Shown in pieces: positions 11,101 through 19,835 of a stretch of 43,029 nucleotides of DNA; position 1 is the stretch's first letter, and each line of letters opens with the position of its first letter. Source of the stretch: a virus (taxonomy: Duplodnaviria; Caudoviricetes). The notes below the pieces were generated by a model. That model was not told the DNA's origin. It ran no database searches and saw only the letters and a list, made by a program, of their open reading frames with translations. The position numbers and the translations under genes are program-made. The stretch is from the IMG/VR virus record IMGVR_UViG_3300032250_000778, positions 1 through 43,029 of that record. One strand, given 5' to 3'.

Positions 11101-13529
11101 GCGATGGTGTTGCTGTCACTGGTTCATTGTATGGAAACGCTGCTCCAGTTGAATCACCTACACAAATCACTAACACCGACGGTAATGTCACTTATTCCGT
11201 TAGCGTAGGCACCGACGGTGTTGTTAGTATGACAACTGCTCGTGGCATATTAGAAGTTGGTGCATTACCTGAACCAGGCGGTCCAACTCACTTACACGTC
11301 ATGAAGGCTGCTGGTAGCAACCCAGACTTATACTTTGGTGATGATTTTAACTATGTACTACAACGTGGTTCAGCATATGGCGGCGCTCCAGCATATGGTG
11401 TAGAGATTGGCACAAATGACAACAACGGTGGCGATCAACAAGTATGGCGTTTTGGCACAAATGGTAGTTTAACATTGCCAAACGGTGGCATCTTGAGTGA
11501 AACGCCATCCGCTGAGACAGTTACATTAGATCAGTTAACTGATATTAGTGGTTGGGCTGGCACCCTAGTTTTTACTAAACAAAACGCTACAACATATCAA
11601 GCATTGCCGGACGGTCCATTAATGTCGTTGATAGGGTCGAATTGGGTAATCCAGTACGATGCCACTGGATGGTTTAGTTCAACAGATCTTATGACCTGGG
11701 TCGCAGGCCCATATGCAGGCACTACCCCGCCAGTTGGCACATTGAGTGCGGCAACGACCACTCTTACAGTAAACAGCAATGATTGGAAATTTGATGACGA
11801 TGGCGTATTAACAATTCCAGATGGTGGCATTGTAGGCGGTCCTGTCGGTACTAATAAAATTGACTTGTCATGGGATGTGTCTATTATCAGCGGCAAATCA
11901 ATAAGAATTAATTCTGGAAGTGGCGGCGTTGTCTCTAACAAATTTTGGACATTTAGCCAGGATACACTGATATTGCCAGCAGGTAGTCTAATCTCTGATA
12001 AACCAATTGGTGAAACACTTACTCTTGCTGGTGCTGGACTGACCGCAGTAAATCAAACCTACACCAAAACTAGTGATACACTTTATACAGGTGGAAATGG
12101 TGTTACTATTGAAGCCATCGGCGGTGGGGTTTGGTTTTGTATCCAAGGTAACGATACAAAATACTCGTCAACTGACAACTTGATTACTTGGGATAATAGC
12201 ACAGGTGGACTACCTGTTCCTACTAGCACATTGAGTGCGGCAACAACCACTCTCACAGTAAATAGCAATGATTGGAAATTCGATGACGATGGCAACCTAA
12301 CATTACCTGCGGGCGGAGATATTAAAGATAGCACAGGTGCTAGTGTGCTAGGTGTACTGGGTGTACAGGGTATACAGGGTATACAAGGTACCACAGGTGA
12401 ACAAGGTATCCAAGGTATCCAAGGTGTACAGGGTCTAGATGGTGCATATGCAGGTCAAGGTATACAAGGCGTACAAGGTGAACAAGGTATCCAAGGTATC
12501 CAAGGTGTACAGGGCTCTGATGGCCAAAACGGTGATGGATTTGTTTGGAGAGGACCTTGGGAGGCAATTCCGACTTCATATATTGGAGGGGTTGATGTAG
12601 TTTCCTATCTTGGCAGTAACTACATAAAATTAGGCGATGGAAATAGTGGAAGTGCTCCTCCTGATGACACTGCTAGATGGCAATTATATACATCCAAAGG
12701 TGAACAAGGTATTCAAGGCATCCAAGGTATCCAAGGTATCCAAGGTATCCAAGGTACCACAGGTGAACAAGGTATCCAAGGTATCCAAGGCACAGCAATA
12801 CAAGGTACCCAAGGTACCAGTGGTATTATAGGAAATCAAGGTATTCAAGGTATTCAAGGTACACAAGGAGTAGGTGTTCCCGCAGGTGGTACTGTTGGTC
12901 AAGTTCTTGCTAAAATCAACAGCACTGACTATAACACAGAATGGGTTAATGATGCTAAAGATAGATTAGTCAACGGTCTTAACCAAGTTATACTTGGCAC
13001 AGATGGTAGTTTAACATTACCACAAGGCAGTGCCATAGACGAAACTACCGGAGTTAGTGCCAATATCAAAGTCAATGGTAAGGCATGGGCTTTTGGCACA
13101 AATGGTAAACTAACATTACCCGCAGGTGGCGATATACTAAACAGCAGTGGCAATAGTGTGTTAGGAACAGATAGAGTTACAGGATCTTGGACACTAGCAT
13201 CAGGTGCTAACACAGTAAGTCTTACAGTACCAATAAACGGTACTTACTCAATATGGGTTAGAGGAAATATTCCAAGTGGTATTGTTTCATATACCGCTAC
13301 AGTAGTTGTGACTAACACTAATGTGCCGGTACTAGGTAGTAGTTATGGTTGGTATTATGTAGACGGTAATCAGTTAGTGCTTACATCGATACCCACTCAA
13401 ATTATCGGAACTGTGAACAATATTAGTACTGCATCGATTTCTACTACCACTGCCAATGTGTTTACATTTGGAATTACCAACAATACTCTAACAACTCAAG
13501 TAGTAGTTTGGGGCTACACTAAACTATAA
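8172..13529 (+). CDS. Long modular tail fibre with Mtd_N-like N-terminus and collagen-like segments
   Basis: N-terminal IQLRRDTA..W....PVL.QGEPG.E.DTGRLKIGNG, four Gly-X-Gln tracts and about nine W-x-F-x-x-D-G-x-L-T-L-P motifs. Confidence 0.85.
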   Translation: MANKIQLRRDTAEAWIEADPVLSQGEPGVEVDTGRLKIGNGEANWSELDYVGALQLPPDAQGYLVNDGDGNLSWGPGDGTFSGDYNDLSNAPTIPTDVNQLTDEDSLLDGSNVDLGAVGEHILPTTDITYDIGSPTKRFKSIYLDNNTIYLGNNSLSVDNSGQLIVSEIIEGAEAIGGIAWITWASGYVLRSRVSDTGEFVAIYDSVKVGDKFTIITYQGLTPVTTVLTVTGTVQKSADPSYPSYDFVIPVDLSPPSDVFVDRFTLTKPFAGSNGVQGISGVQGVQGIQGIQGTEGFQGVQGFQGTQSTQGQQGVQGIGFTYKGLYVSGNFYTTNDVVVYEGSTYIATAQSYQPPVIPPNAGYWDLLVAQGAQGTSGGGAGGGAQGVQGIEGGQGVQGVQGTEGFQGVQGTEGFQGVQGTQAAQDRLVNGIKEIVLNSDGKLTFPNGTTIDDKEDNLIKGPVLNSFGSDSYTGTFTTLNYTGLNTTWVVNGPGVVNGVIQSIDAVGKTIILDRNSGGPQFQDGESYTFTGPSFSIGSKITVNSNEWIFGTDGNLTLPNGGKLGDPYGDGAVNLSGNQNLYAALSSYDANSWAGVADVSYQNGSEIAGGGFFVQTNLNSNGAENTWGFSTDGNLTLPAGGDIVDSNGNSVLGGGGPVLLPPYKGFRAHYGTMYDNTDDNNGPINKIVIYRDSVSPSSAIDTDTSSDDFQVTGLTGSDIVAMLVVISDGSNWDEPTLTTKLKTFAEAIVDNVILDEGVEGDFNNINAIRTAFYDNFSNFNSIIGDEKTNFEFFENDYNVSAQTQTGGTGTGSGFIIYSLEKPSNTILLNNWVNGSGYQVGDVFTILGTDITIDFTGNPLASPDNDVTVTITGVDVNGVVESTSISGTLPDTWPTYSIDDGGNDEYDGANAIHTNLETDINYNDGAPITNSTAFGGGDYVVTYQEGIFGIFATGANINIIGTSGNSGGYGNDNSSSGFDSDGVAVTGSLYGNAAPVESPTQITNTDGNVTYSVSVGTDGVVSMTTARGILEVGALPEPGGPTHLHVMKAAGSNPDLYFGDDFNYVLQRGSAYGGAPAYGVEIGTNDNNGGDQQVWRFGTNGSLTLPNGGILSETPSAETVTLDQLTDISGWAGTLVFTKQNATTYQALPDGPLMSLIGSNWVIQYDATGWFSSTDLMTWVAGPYAGTTPPVGTLSAATTTLTVNSNDWKFDDDGVLTIPDGGIVGGPVGTNKIDLSWDVSIISGKSIRINSGSGGVVSNKFWTFSQDTLILPAGSLISDKPIGETLTLAGAGLTAVNQTYTKTSDTLYTGGNGVTIEAIGGGVWFCIQGNDTKYSSTDNLITWDNSTGGLPVPTSTLSAATTTLTVNSNDWKFDDDGNLTLPAGGDIKDSTGASVLGVLGVQGIQGIQGTTGEQGIQGIQGVQGLDGAYAGQGIQGVQGEQGIQGIQGVQGSDGQNGDGFVWRGPWEAIPTSYIGGVDVVSYLGSNYIKLGDGNSGSAPPDDTARWQLYTSKGEQGIQGIQGIQGIQGIQGTTGEQGIQGIQGTAIQGTQGTSGIIGNQGIQGIQGTQGVGVPAGGTVGQVLAKINSTDYNTEWVNDAKDRLVNGLNQVILGTDGSLTLPQGSAIDETTGVSANIKVNGKAWAFGTNGKLTLPAGGDILNSSGNSVLGTDRVTGSWTLASGANTVSLTVPINGTYSIWVRGNIPSGIVSYTATVVVTNTNVPVLGSSYGWYYVDGNQLVLTSIPTQIIGTVNNISTASISTTTANVFTFGITNNTLTTQVVVWGYTKL
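8990..9440 (+). repeat. Collagen-like 9-nt (CAAGGTNNN) tandem repeats, two tracts
   Basis: Encodes (QGV/QGI/QGT/QGF)n, interrupted by a small globular domain. Boundaries are approximate. Confidence 0.85.
11737..12293 (+). repeat. 68-bp direct repeat pair (11737-11804 and 12226-12293) within the tail fibre
   Basis: Both copies encode TLSAATTTLTVNSNDWKFDDDG, with four differences, all synonymous third positions. Confidence 0.9.
12350..12875 (+). repeat. Collagen-like CAAGGTATC tandem repeats, two tracts
   Basis: (QGI)n runs, including perfect caaggtatc copies near 12723-12755. Boundaries are approximate. Confidence 0.88.
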
Positions 13530-13532
13530 ATA
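13525..13532 (+). promoter_or_regulatory. T4-like late promoter TATAAATA
   Basis: Exact T4 late consensus 18 nt upstream of ATG13551, with an AGGA SD in between. Confidence 0.7.
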
Positions 13533-13550
13533 CAGAAATAGGAAAAAATC

Positions 13551-14411
13551 ATGGCTGATATTCAAGGTATACAAGGACGACAAGGTACACAGGGCATACA
13601 AGGAATTACTGGTCGTCAAGGTGTTCAGGGTGTACAAGGTCGACAGGGTACACAAGCAGCAGCCGGTTCACAAGGACCACAAGGACGTCAAGGTACTCAG
13701 GGTACACAAGGGCCACAAGGACGTCAAGGGATTCAGGGTACTCAAGCTGCTCAAGGTAGTCAGGGTACACAAGGTCGTCAAGGTATTCAGGGTACTCAAG
13801 CTGCTCAAGGTGCCTCAGGAAGTGCAGGAGCACAAGGACGCCAAGGGACTCAAGGTATACAAGGTGCTCAAGGAACTATAGGTACACAAGGCACTATAGG
13901 CGGTCAAGGTATTCAAGGTACACAATCTGCCCAAGGTGCTTTTGGTAATCAAGGAGCACAAGGAGCTATTGGATCTGGAAGCCAAGGTGCTCAAGGAACA
14001 GCAGGATCAGGCGGTGGCGGTGGCACAGGATTAGGTTCACGTACTACTGCTAATGCTACCACAAGTTCCATAGCCAGCGGAGCCAGTGCCGATCTAAGCA
14101 TTACAGGATTTAAAGGTTATCTATTATACAAAGTTCAAACTTCAGCTGCTTCTTGGGTTCGATTATATGCAGATAGTGCCAGTAGAACTAACGACAATAG
14201 TCGTTCACAAACTTCAGACCCATTAGCTGGTGCTGGAGTAATTGCTGAAGTTGTTACTACTGGTGCTCAAACACAACTAATTACTCCAGCAGTTGCAGGA
14301 TTTAACAACGATAATCCAGTAACAGATACAATTTATGTCAGAGTAACCAATAATAGTGGAAGTGCTGCTGCTATTACTGTAACACTTACCCTACAACAGA
14401 TTGAAGCATAA
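13551..14411 (+). CDS. Collagen-like fibre protein with C-terminal globular domain
   Basis: About 150 aa of nearly continuous G-X-Q triplets, a Gly linker, then a ~125-aa beta-rich domain. Confidence 0.85.
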   Translation: MADIQGIQGRQGTQGIQGITGRQGVQGVQGRQGTQAAAGSQGPQGRQGTQGTQGPQGRQGIQGTQAAQGSQGTQGRQGIQGTQAAQGASGSAGAQGRQGTQGIQGAQGTIGTQGTIGGQGIQGTQSAQGAFGNQGAQGAIGSGSQGAQGTAGSGGGGGTGLGSRTTANATTSSIASGASADLSITGFKGYLLYKVQTSAASWVRLYADSASRTNDNSRSQTSDPLAGAGVIAEVVTTGAQTQLITPAVAGFNNDNPVTDTIYVRVTNNSGSAAAITVTLTLQQIEA

Positions 14412-16186
14412 TGGAAGAATTATCTATATTAGACATACCGAATCACATTCTTCCAGACGAACCTAAACAACCTGACCAGCATGGAAGACAAGAATATGTA
14501 ATCACTCTGCACGAGTATGACGATCTCGATAAATTTTATCAAGATATGGAAAATTTGGGCGGGCCTGAACATATTCCAGATCGTGAAATCCCAGTAGAAC
14601 AACGTCTACCGAATAGCAGAAATACCAGTTATAAACTCACAGCAGAAGAAGCAGAACAAGTTAAAAACGATCCTAGAGTAATGGCTGTAACATTAACTTT
14701 AGAAGAAGCTGGATTAAAATTAGTACCAAATTGGGTACAAACCTCCAGTGGTTGGAGTAAAAGTTCAAGTATAGCGAGTGCCAGTTTGAATTGGGGTTTG
14801 AAAAGATGTACTGATGGTGCCGACGATGGTAATTGGGGTACGGACGGTGGCATACTTGTTCCTAGTTCGGTTTCTGGCACTGTTACAACCACAGCATCTG
14901 GTAAGAATGTAGATGTGATTATTGTAGACGACCATCTCAAAACTGCTCATCCAGAAGCAGCCGTTAACGTAAATGGCACAGGCGGAAGTAGAATTGTAGA
15001 GTATAATTGGTTTCAACATAACCCAGCTGTTACTGGTGGAGCAGCAGGTACCTATACATATTCGGCTAGTCCTTCAGGCGACCACGGAGCAAACGTGGCC
15101 GGTATAGCAGCAGGTAACACTTGTGGGTGGGCCAGAGATGCTAATATCTATTGCATCAATCCTTACAGTACCAGTGGTAATAGTCCTGCCCCTAATTCCA
15201 ATAATATACTTAACTATGTAAAAGAGTTTCATCTCAGTAAAGCTGTTAACCCTACTACTGGAAGAAAAAACCCTACTATTGTTAATATGAGTTTAGGCGT
15301 AAGCCCAACTCAAGCAGTACTTGGTGCAACAACTAGTGCATCCGGTGCTATTACTTCTATGAGATATGCCGGAACCGTTTATAATACTACCACTTGGAAT
15401 GCTATAGATTTTGCCTATCCAAGTAGTAAAACAGGCGGTGCTATCACAGGAACCGGCATGTTTGTTGGTCAAATTAACGGAAACTGGGGTTTATATTTTC
15501 CCACTCGCTATGAACCATTTGAAGCTGATATCATAGACCTAATCAACATTGGAGTCATCATAGTTGTTGCTGCCGGTAATGAATATTCTATTATGAATAA
15601 TTATTCAACAAATCCTGCTGATCACTATAATGATTATGTAGTCATGTCTAATGGCACTACTTATTATCCAAGAAGAGGTGGTATAAGCGTTGCGGAAGGT
15701 TGTATATGTGTAGGTTCTGTTGATACTACTGTAGCCGGAAGAAAATCAAATTTCAGTAATCTAGGTACTAGAATAGATATTTTTGCTCCAGGAAGTAACA
15801 TAGCCAGCAGTGCTAACCTCAGCAACAGCGGTGTAAGAGATTCAAGAAATACAAGTTATTACAAAGTTTTACTGAGTGGAACTAGTATGGCTGCACCACA
15901 GGTCACAGGAGTATTAGCCTGCTTATTAGAAGTATATCCTGATTTAACTCAAAGTCAAGCAATAGAATTTTTAAATTCAACATTTAGCAAATCCAATCAA
16001 CTAACAGATGCCGGTAACTCTGAACAATATCAAGGTAGTTACTATTCATTAGGCGGTGCTCCAAATCGATATCTATTTTGCCAACTAGAAAGAAAAATTA
16101 ATGGCAATGTATATCCCAAACAAAATACCAAACTTAGACCAAGTACTGGGCAAATGTGGCCCAGGTCAAGAATTAAAAGAGTCTAA
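14411..16186 (+). CDS. Subtilisin-like serine protease (peptidase S8)
   Basis: Catalytic triad motifs VIIVDD, HGANVAGIAAG and SGTSMAAPQVTG, oxyanion motif VVAAGN, plus IVNMSLG and RIDIFAPG. Acidic N-terminal propeptide-like region, no signal peptide. Confidence 0.93.
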   Translation: MEELSILDIPNHILPDEPKQPDQHGRQEYVITLHEYDDLDKFYQDMENLGGPEHIPDREIPVEQRLPNSRNTSYKLTAEEAEQVKNDPRVMAVTLTLEEAGLKLVPNWVQTSSGWSKSSSIASASLNWGLKRCTDGADDGNWGTDGGILVPSSVSGTVTTTASGKNVDVIIVDDHLKTAHPEAAVNVNGTGGSRIVEYNWFQHNPAVTGGAAGTYTYSASPSGDHGANVAGIAAGNTCGWARDANIYCINPYSTSGNSPAPNSNNILNYVKEFHLSKAVNPTTGRKNPTIVNMSLGVSPTQAVLGATTSASGAITSMRYAGTVYNTTTWNAIDFAYPSSKTGGAITGTGMFVGQINGNWGLYFPTRYEPFEADIIDLINIGVIIVVAAGNEYSIMNNYSTNPADHYNDYVVMSNGTTYYPRRGGISVAEGCICVGSVDTTVAGRKSNFSNLGTRIDIFAPGSNIASSANLSNSGVRDSRNTSYYKVLLSGTSMAAPQVTGVLACLLEVYPDLTQSQAIEFLNSTFSKSNQLTDAGNSEQYQGSYYSLGGAPNRYLFCQLERKINGNVYPKQNTKLRPSTGQMWPRSRIKRV

Positions 16187-16196
16187 ATTAGATCAG

Positions 16197-16204
16197 GTTA
16201 AATA
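16197..16204 (+). promoter_or_regulatory. Late-promoter-like TAAATA, probably leaderless transcript
   Basis: GTTAAATA ends 6 nt before ATG16211 and there is no SD. Confidence 0.45.
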
Positions 16205-16210
16205 TATTAT

Positions 16211-16693
16211 ATGGCTCAACTATCATTACAAACAATTAACCTAGGCGACTATGCCAATGATGGCACAGGCGATGACCTACGTACTGCTTTTGCTAAGGTT
16301 AATCTTAATTTTGGCAACATTAACACTAATTTTCCAGGCAAACTCAGTGAAGATACAGAACCAAAATTAGGTGGAGACCTTGACTTAGATGGATTTAATT
16401 TAAAAAGCAGTGGTACAATTACCATTCAAGCTGGCCAGGTTGTAGTAACTGGCACTGTAACTGCTGAACAATTTATCGGTCAAATCAGTGATGTTAGTAA
16501 TCATAATTTAGACGAGTTAAATGATGTAGTTATTCCAGAAAATATAGTAGCTGGGCAAAGCTTAGTCTGGAATGGCACAGAATGGACATCAGGAACAGTT
16601 GATGCTAGTATAACGGGAGTAGATGGTGGCGGTGCTGCTACTATTTTTAATTTAGACGAAGGAGTAGTTATCGATGGAGGCTTTGCCGAATAA
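16211..16693 (+). CDS. Structural protein with gp9/gp10-like N-terminal motif
   Basis: QTINLGDYANDGTGDDLRTAFAKVNLNF, PKLGGDLDL, LDELNDV...GQSLVWNGTEW fibre motifs and C-terminal DGG repeats. Confidence 0.75.
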   Translation: MAQLSLQTINLGDYANDGTGDDLRTAFAKVNLNFGNINTNFPGKLSEDTEPKLGGDLDLDGFNLKSSGTITIQAGQVVVTGTVTAEQFIGQISDVSNHNLDELNDVVIPENIVAGQSLVWNGTEWTSGTVDASITGVDGGGAATIFNLDEGVVIDGGFAE

Positions 16694-16695
16694 CT

Positions 16696-17373
16696 ATGAA
16701 AATTGCTGTTATAACTGGTGTTAGCGGATTAAGCGGTGCCAGTATTCAAGATCCCGCGAATGGCGGTTACCCCAACGTTGATTATTATGCCTTTGTTGAT
16801 CGTGAACACAACTGTAAAGTTTGGCAACAAAGACCTTTATTAGACTTTAGTTTAGATTCATTCTACTATCCTAGACGCAATGCTAAATTAGCCAAGGTAT
16901 TAGGATTTTTAATGGTTCCTGGTTACGATTATTATCTTTGGCACGACCATCATTGTGAATTGCAGATGGATCCAGAAGAATTGATCAATACTTATCTTAA
17001 AAATAACGACATGGCTGTATGGAAACATGCCATAAGAAATTGTGTCTATGATGAAATAGACCTACTTGGTCGAATAAATTTTGACACTGGCGATTCATTA
17101 TCCAGTACATTGGATTATTTTAATCGTACTAACTGGCCCAGAAACGCTGGTCTCTATGAATTAACCAGTTTAGCCTATGCTAATACTCCCAAAGTACAAG
17201 CAGCCTTACTAACTTGGTGGGAATTTATCTGTAAACACAGTAGCAGAGATCAATTAAGTTTTCCCTTAGTGGTCAAGAAACATCGACTAAAATTAGGCAT
17301 TATGCCTGGTTCAGCTCAGCCTTATGGTGGTAGCAACGAAATAATGCCTATAATAAGGGATAAAAACAGCTAA
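16696..17373 (+). CDS. Glycosyltransferase-like protein (DUF616/TOD1-MUCI70-like)
   Basis: YYAFVD, RRNAKLAK, YDYYLWHD, H..RNCVYDE and WWEFI..HSSRDQLSFP match the family pattern. Confidence 0.72.
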   Translation: MKIAVITGVSGLSGASIQDPANGGYPNVDYYAFVDREHNCKVWQQRPLLDFSLDSFYYPRRNAKLAKVLGFLMVPGYDYYLWHDHHCELQMDPEELINTYLKNNDMAVWKHAIRNCVYDEIDLLGRINFDTGDSLSSTLDYFNRTNWPRNAGLYELTSLAYANTPKVQAALLTWWEFICKHSSRDQLSFPLVVKKHRLKLGIMPGSAQPYGGSNEIMPIIRDKNS

Positions 17374-17378
17374 CCAAA

Positions 17379-17402
17379 ATCCTATAAATATAACTATAGG
17401 AT
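17379..17402 (+). promoter_or_regulatory. Late promoter TATAAATA (17383-17390) inside an SD-sequestering hairpin
   Basis: ATCCTATA-8nt-TATAGGAT inverted repeat whose 3' arm contains the AGGA SD of ATG17409. Confidence 0.7.
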
Positions 17403-17408
17403 AATATT

Positions 17409-19835
17409 ATGCTGGGAATTTGGACAGAAAAATCTGGGTTTAACTTAGGAACCTATCAAGAAAGAACTACCCTTGATGTTCCTTTGCCTATTACTAACCC
17501 TACTGGTGTAAATTTTCGAATAATTTCTGGCCGGATTCCTCCTGGGTTACGTTTAAAAAACTATAATTTAATAGGCGTTCCACTTGAAGTAACCAAAGAT
17601 ACTGTTTTTGAATTTTGTATAAGAGCTACCTCAGCAAACGATTTTGCTGATAGAACTTATAAAATTACTATTCAAGGATCTAACTTACCCGTAATTATAG
17701 ATCCCCCGGGCTTGTTACCTATTGGTCCAAATAGTACATATTTTATATTAGATTCTAGTCCTGTAGATTTTCAAATAACCGCAGTGGATTTTGACGTAGC
17801 TGCTGGTGAAAAATTAAAATTTTTTATTAGCAGCGGTGATGGCTCTTTACCACCCGGCTTAAAAATAGACGAACTTGGTCGTATAACTGGCTTCATCGAA
17901 CCGTTATTGGCCATACCATTAAGCCAAAGAAATGGCAACTTTGATAAAAATATCTATGACGTACACGGGTTTGACTATGGTCTAAAGCCTGATAACGGGT
18001 TTGATAGTTTTAAATTTGATAGCATAAATTACGATTATTCATTGCCATCGATAGGTCCTAAAAAATTAAACAGAAATTATGAATTCATTGTCACTGTCAG
18101 TGATGGTGACAATATAGTTAGAAGAAAATTTAGAATTTATGTAATAGGCGATGATTTTTTACGTGCCGATAATACCATAATGAGTGCAGGCAACGGTACG
18201 TATACTGCTGCTGGTAGTGGAGTAAGAGCACCTATATGGTATACTAAACCAGATTTAGGCATTATTAGATCTAATAATTATAGCATAATTAAATTAAACA
18301 TTTATGAGGCATTAGAAATAGGCACAATCTCATATACACTAGACGAAAATAATCCTGATAACACTCTTAGTACTTTGCCTCCTGGCATGATCTTAGATCC
18401 CATCAACGGTGAGCTATTTGGTCTTGTTCCCTATCAGTCTGCTATAATTAAAGTTTATAATTTTACCATTACTGCCACAAGATATGGTAAAAAAGGCGAA
18501 GCATCCCCTAGCAAAAGAACATTTACTATTAAAATTTTAGGCGATGTTAATAGTACGATGTCATGGATTAGTCCAGAATATTTAGGCATGATTGATGCTA
18601 ATTATGTAAGCACATTAAAAGTTCAAGCTACTAGTACATTAGCCGATGCAAACATAATTTATCAATTAGTCCGTGGCGAGTTACCCCCTGGATTGACCCT
18701 AGATCAAAGGGGAGAAATAATTGGTCGAGTGCAACAATATGGCAACGGCGACACAATAAAAGGAATTACAACCTTCGACGGTAATAGATTGACTATGGAT
18801 GGCGGCGAAACAATCGTAGATAGACGTTATAAATTTATTATTCGTGCCCAAGACCAAGTACATTACAGTGCCATTGATAAAGAATTCGAAATATTTGTTA
18901 ATACTCCTAATGACAGATTATATAGTAATATTTTTATTACTTCATTCTTAGATCCATTTAAGCCCACACCTGAAACAAGTAAAAGAACATTATATGAAAA
19001 TTTCATCAATGATGAAACAGTGTTTACTAGAAATTGTATCTATAGAATAAATGATCCTAATTTTGGTATCAGAAGAGATTTTAGGGCATTAATATATGGA
19101 GGAATTGAAACTAAACAAGCACGAGCATATATAGGTGCTATGGGCATTAATAATAAGAAAAAAAGGTTTCAATTCGGGGATGTTAAGGTAGCACAGGCCA
19201 AAGTACCTGGCACAGAAACTCATGTTTATGACATAGTCTATGTGGAACTTATAGATGCATTAGATATACAAAAGAAAAAATTACCAATAAAATTAAAAAA
19301 ACTAAGCAAAATATCTAATTCGATTACCGTCGATGCTAGTAATAGATTATGGAATGCATCATACACTTCAGGTAATGAACCATTTTTACCTAAACCAACT
19401 GATATTATCACTGTGGATCAAACATCTATTTTATCCAGTGACCCTAACGGTCGTATACGTTATCCCAATAGTTATTTAAACTGGAGAGAAAGACTTAAAA
19501 ATTGGCAAGTCACTGATCCATTAAATCCCTCTGTAATTGTTGATAAATTTATAACCGAAAGAAATTACCTTCCATTATGGATGCGTAGTTTTCAAGATGA
19601 TACCAGACAAGAATTAGGCTTTGTACTAGCTCTGCCATTATGTTATTGTCTACCTGGGGCTGGTACAGAGATTGCATTGAACATAAAAAACTATCAATTA
19701 ACTACCGGGTTTGATTTTAAAGATTTAGATTTTACAGTAGATCGTTATATTATTGATGCTGTAATACCACGCAGTGGAGAACAAAATTATGGCGATAAAT
19801 ATCTCGTATTTAAAAACAACGAGGTAACTTTATGA
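17409..19835 (+). CDS. Structural protein with putative Ig-like (He_PIG-type) repeats, probable baseplate component
   Basis: Four G.LPPGL.(L/I)D..G.(I/L).G repeats, each followed by Y.F.(I/V).A beta strands, within the structural block. Confidence 0.7.
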   Translation: MLGIWTEKSGFNLGTYQERTTLDVPLPITNPTGVNFRIISGRIPPGLRLKNYNLIGVPLEVTKDTVFEFCIRATSANDFADRTYKITIQGSNLPVIIDPPGLLPIGPNSTYFILDSSPVDFQITAVDFDVAAGEKLKFFISSGDGSLPPGLKIDELGRITGFIEPLLAIPLSQRNGNFDKNIYDVHGFDYGLKPDNGFDSFKFDSINYDYSLPSIGPKKLNRNYEFIVTVSDGDNIVRRKFRIYVIGDDFLRADNTIMSAGNGTYTAAGSGVRAPIWYTKPDLGIIRSNNYSIIKLNIYEALEIGTISYTLDENNPDNTLSTLPPGMILDPINGELFGLVPYQSAIIKVYNFTITATRYGKKGEASPSKRTFTIKILGDVNSTMSWISPEYLGMIDANYVSTLKVQATSTLADANIIYQLVRGELPPGLTLDQRGEIIGRVQQYGNGDTIKGITTFDGNRLTMDGGETIVDRRYKFIIRAQDQVHYSAIDKEFEIFVNTPNDRLYSNIFITSFLDPFKPTPETSKRTLYENFINDETVFTRNCIYRINDPNFGIRRDFRALIYGGIETKQARAYIGAMGINNKKKRFQFGDVKVAQAKVPGTETHVYDIVYVELIDALDIQKKKLPIKLKKLSKISNSITVDASNRLWNASYTSGNEPFLPKPTDIITVDQTSILSSDPNGRIRYPNSYLNWRERLKNWQVTDPLNPSVIVDKFITERNYLPLWMRSFQDDTRQELGFVLALPLCYCLPGAGTEIALNIKNYQLTTGFDFKDLDFTVDRYIIDAVIPRSGEQNYGDKYLVFKNNEVTL

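Noticed and set aside
8172-13529. Diversity-generating retroelement suggested by the Mtd_N-like domain and near-identical repeats
   Set aside because: There is no reverse transcriptase in the window. The 68-bp repeat differences are synonymous third-position changes (mostly C/T), not adenine-specific, and both copies are inside one ORF.
12350-13990. CRISPR-like array from the periodic CAAGGT repeats
   Set aside because: The period is 9 nt, in frame, encodes Gly-X-Gln and has no unique spacers or cas genes.
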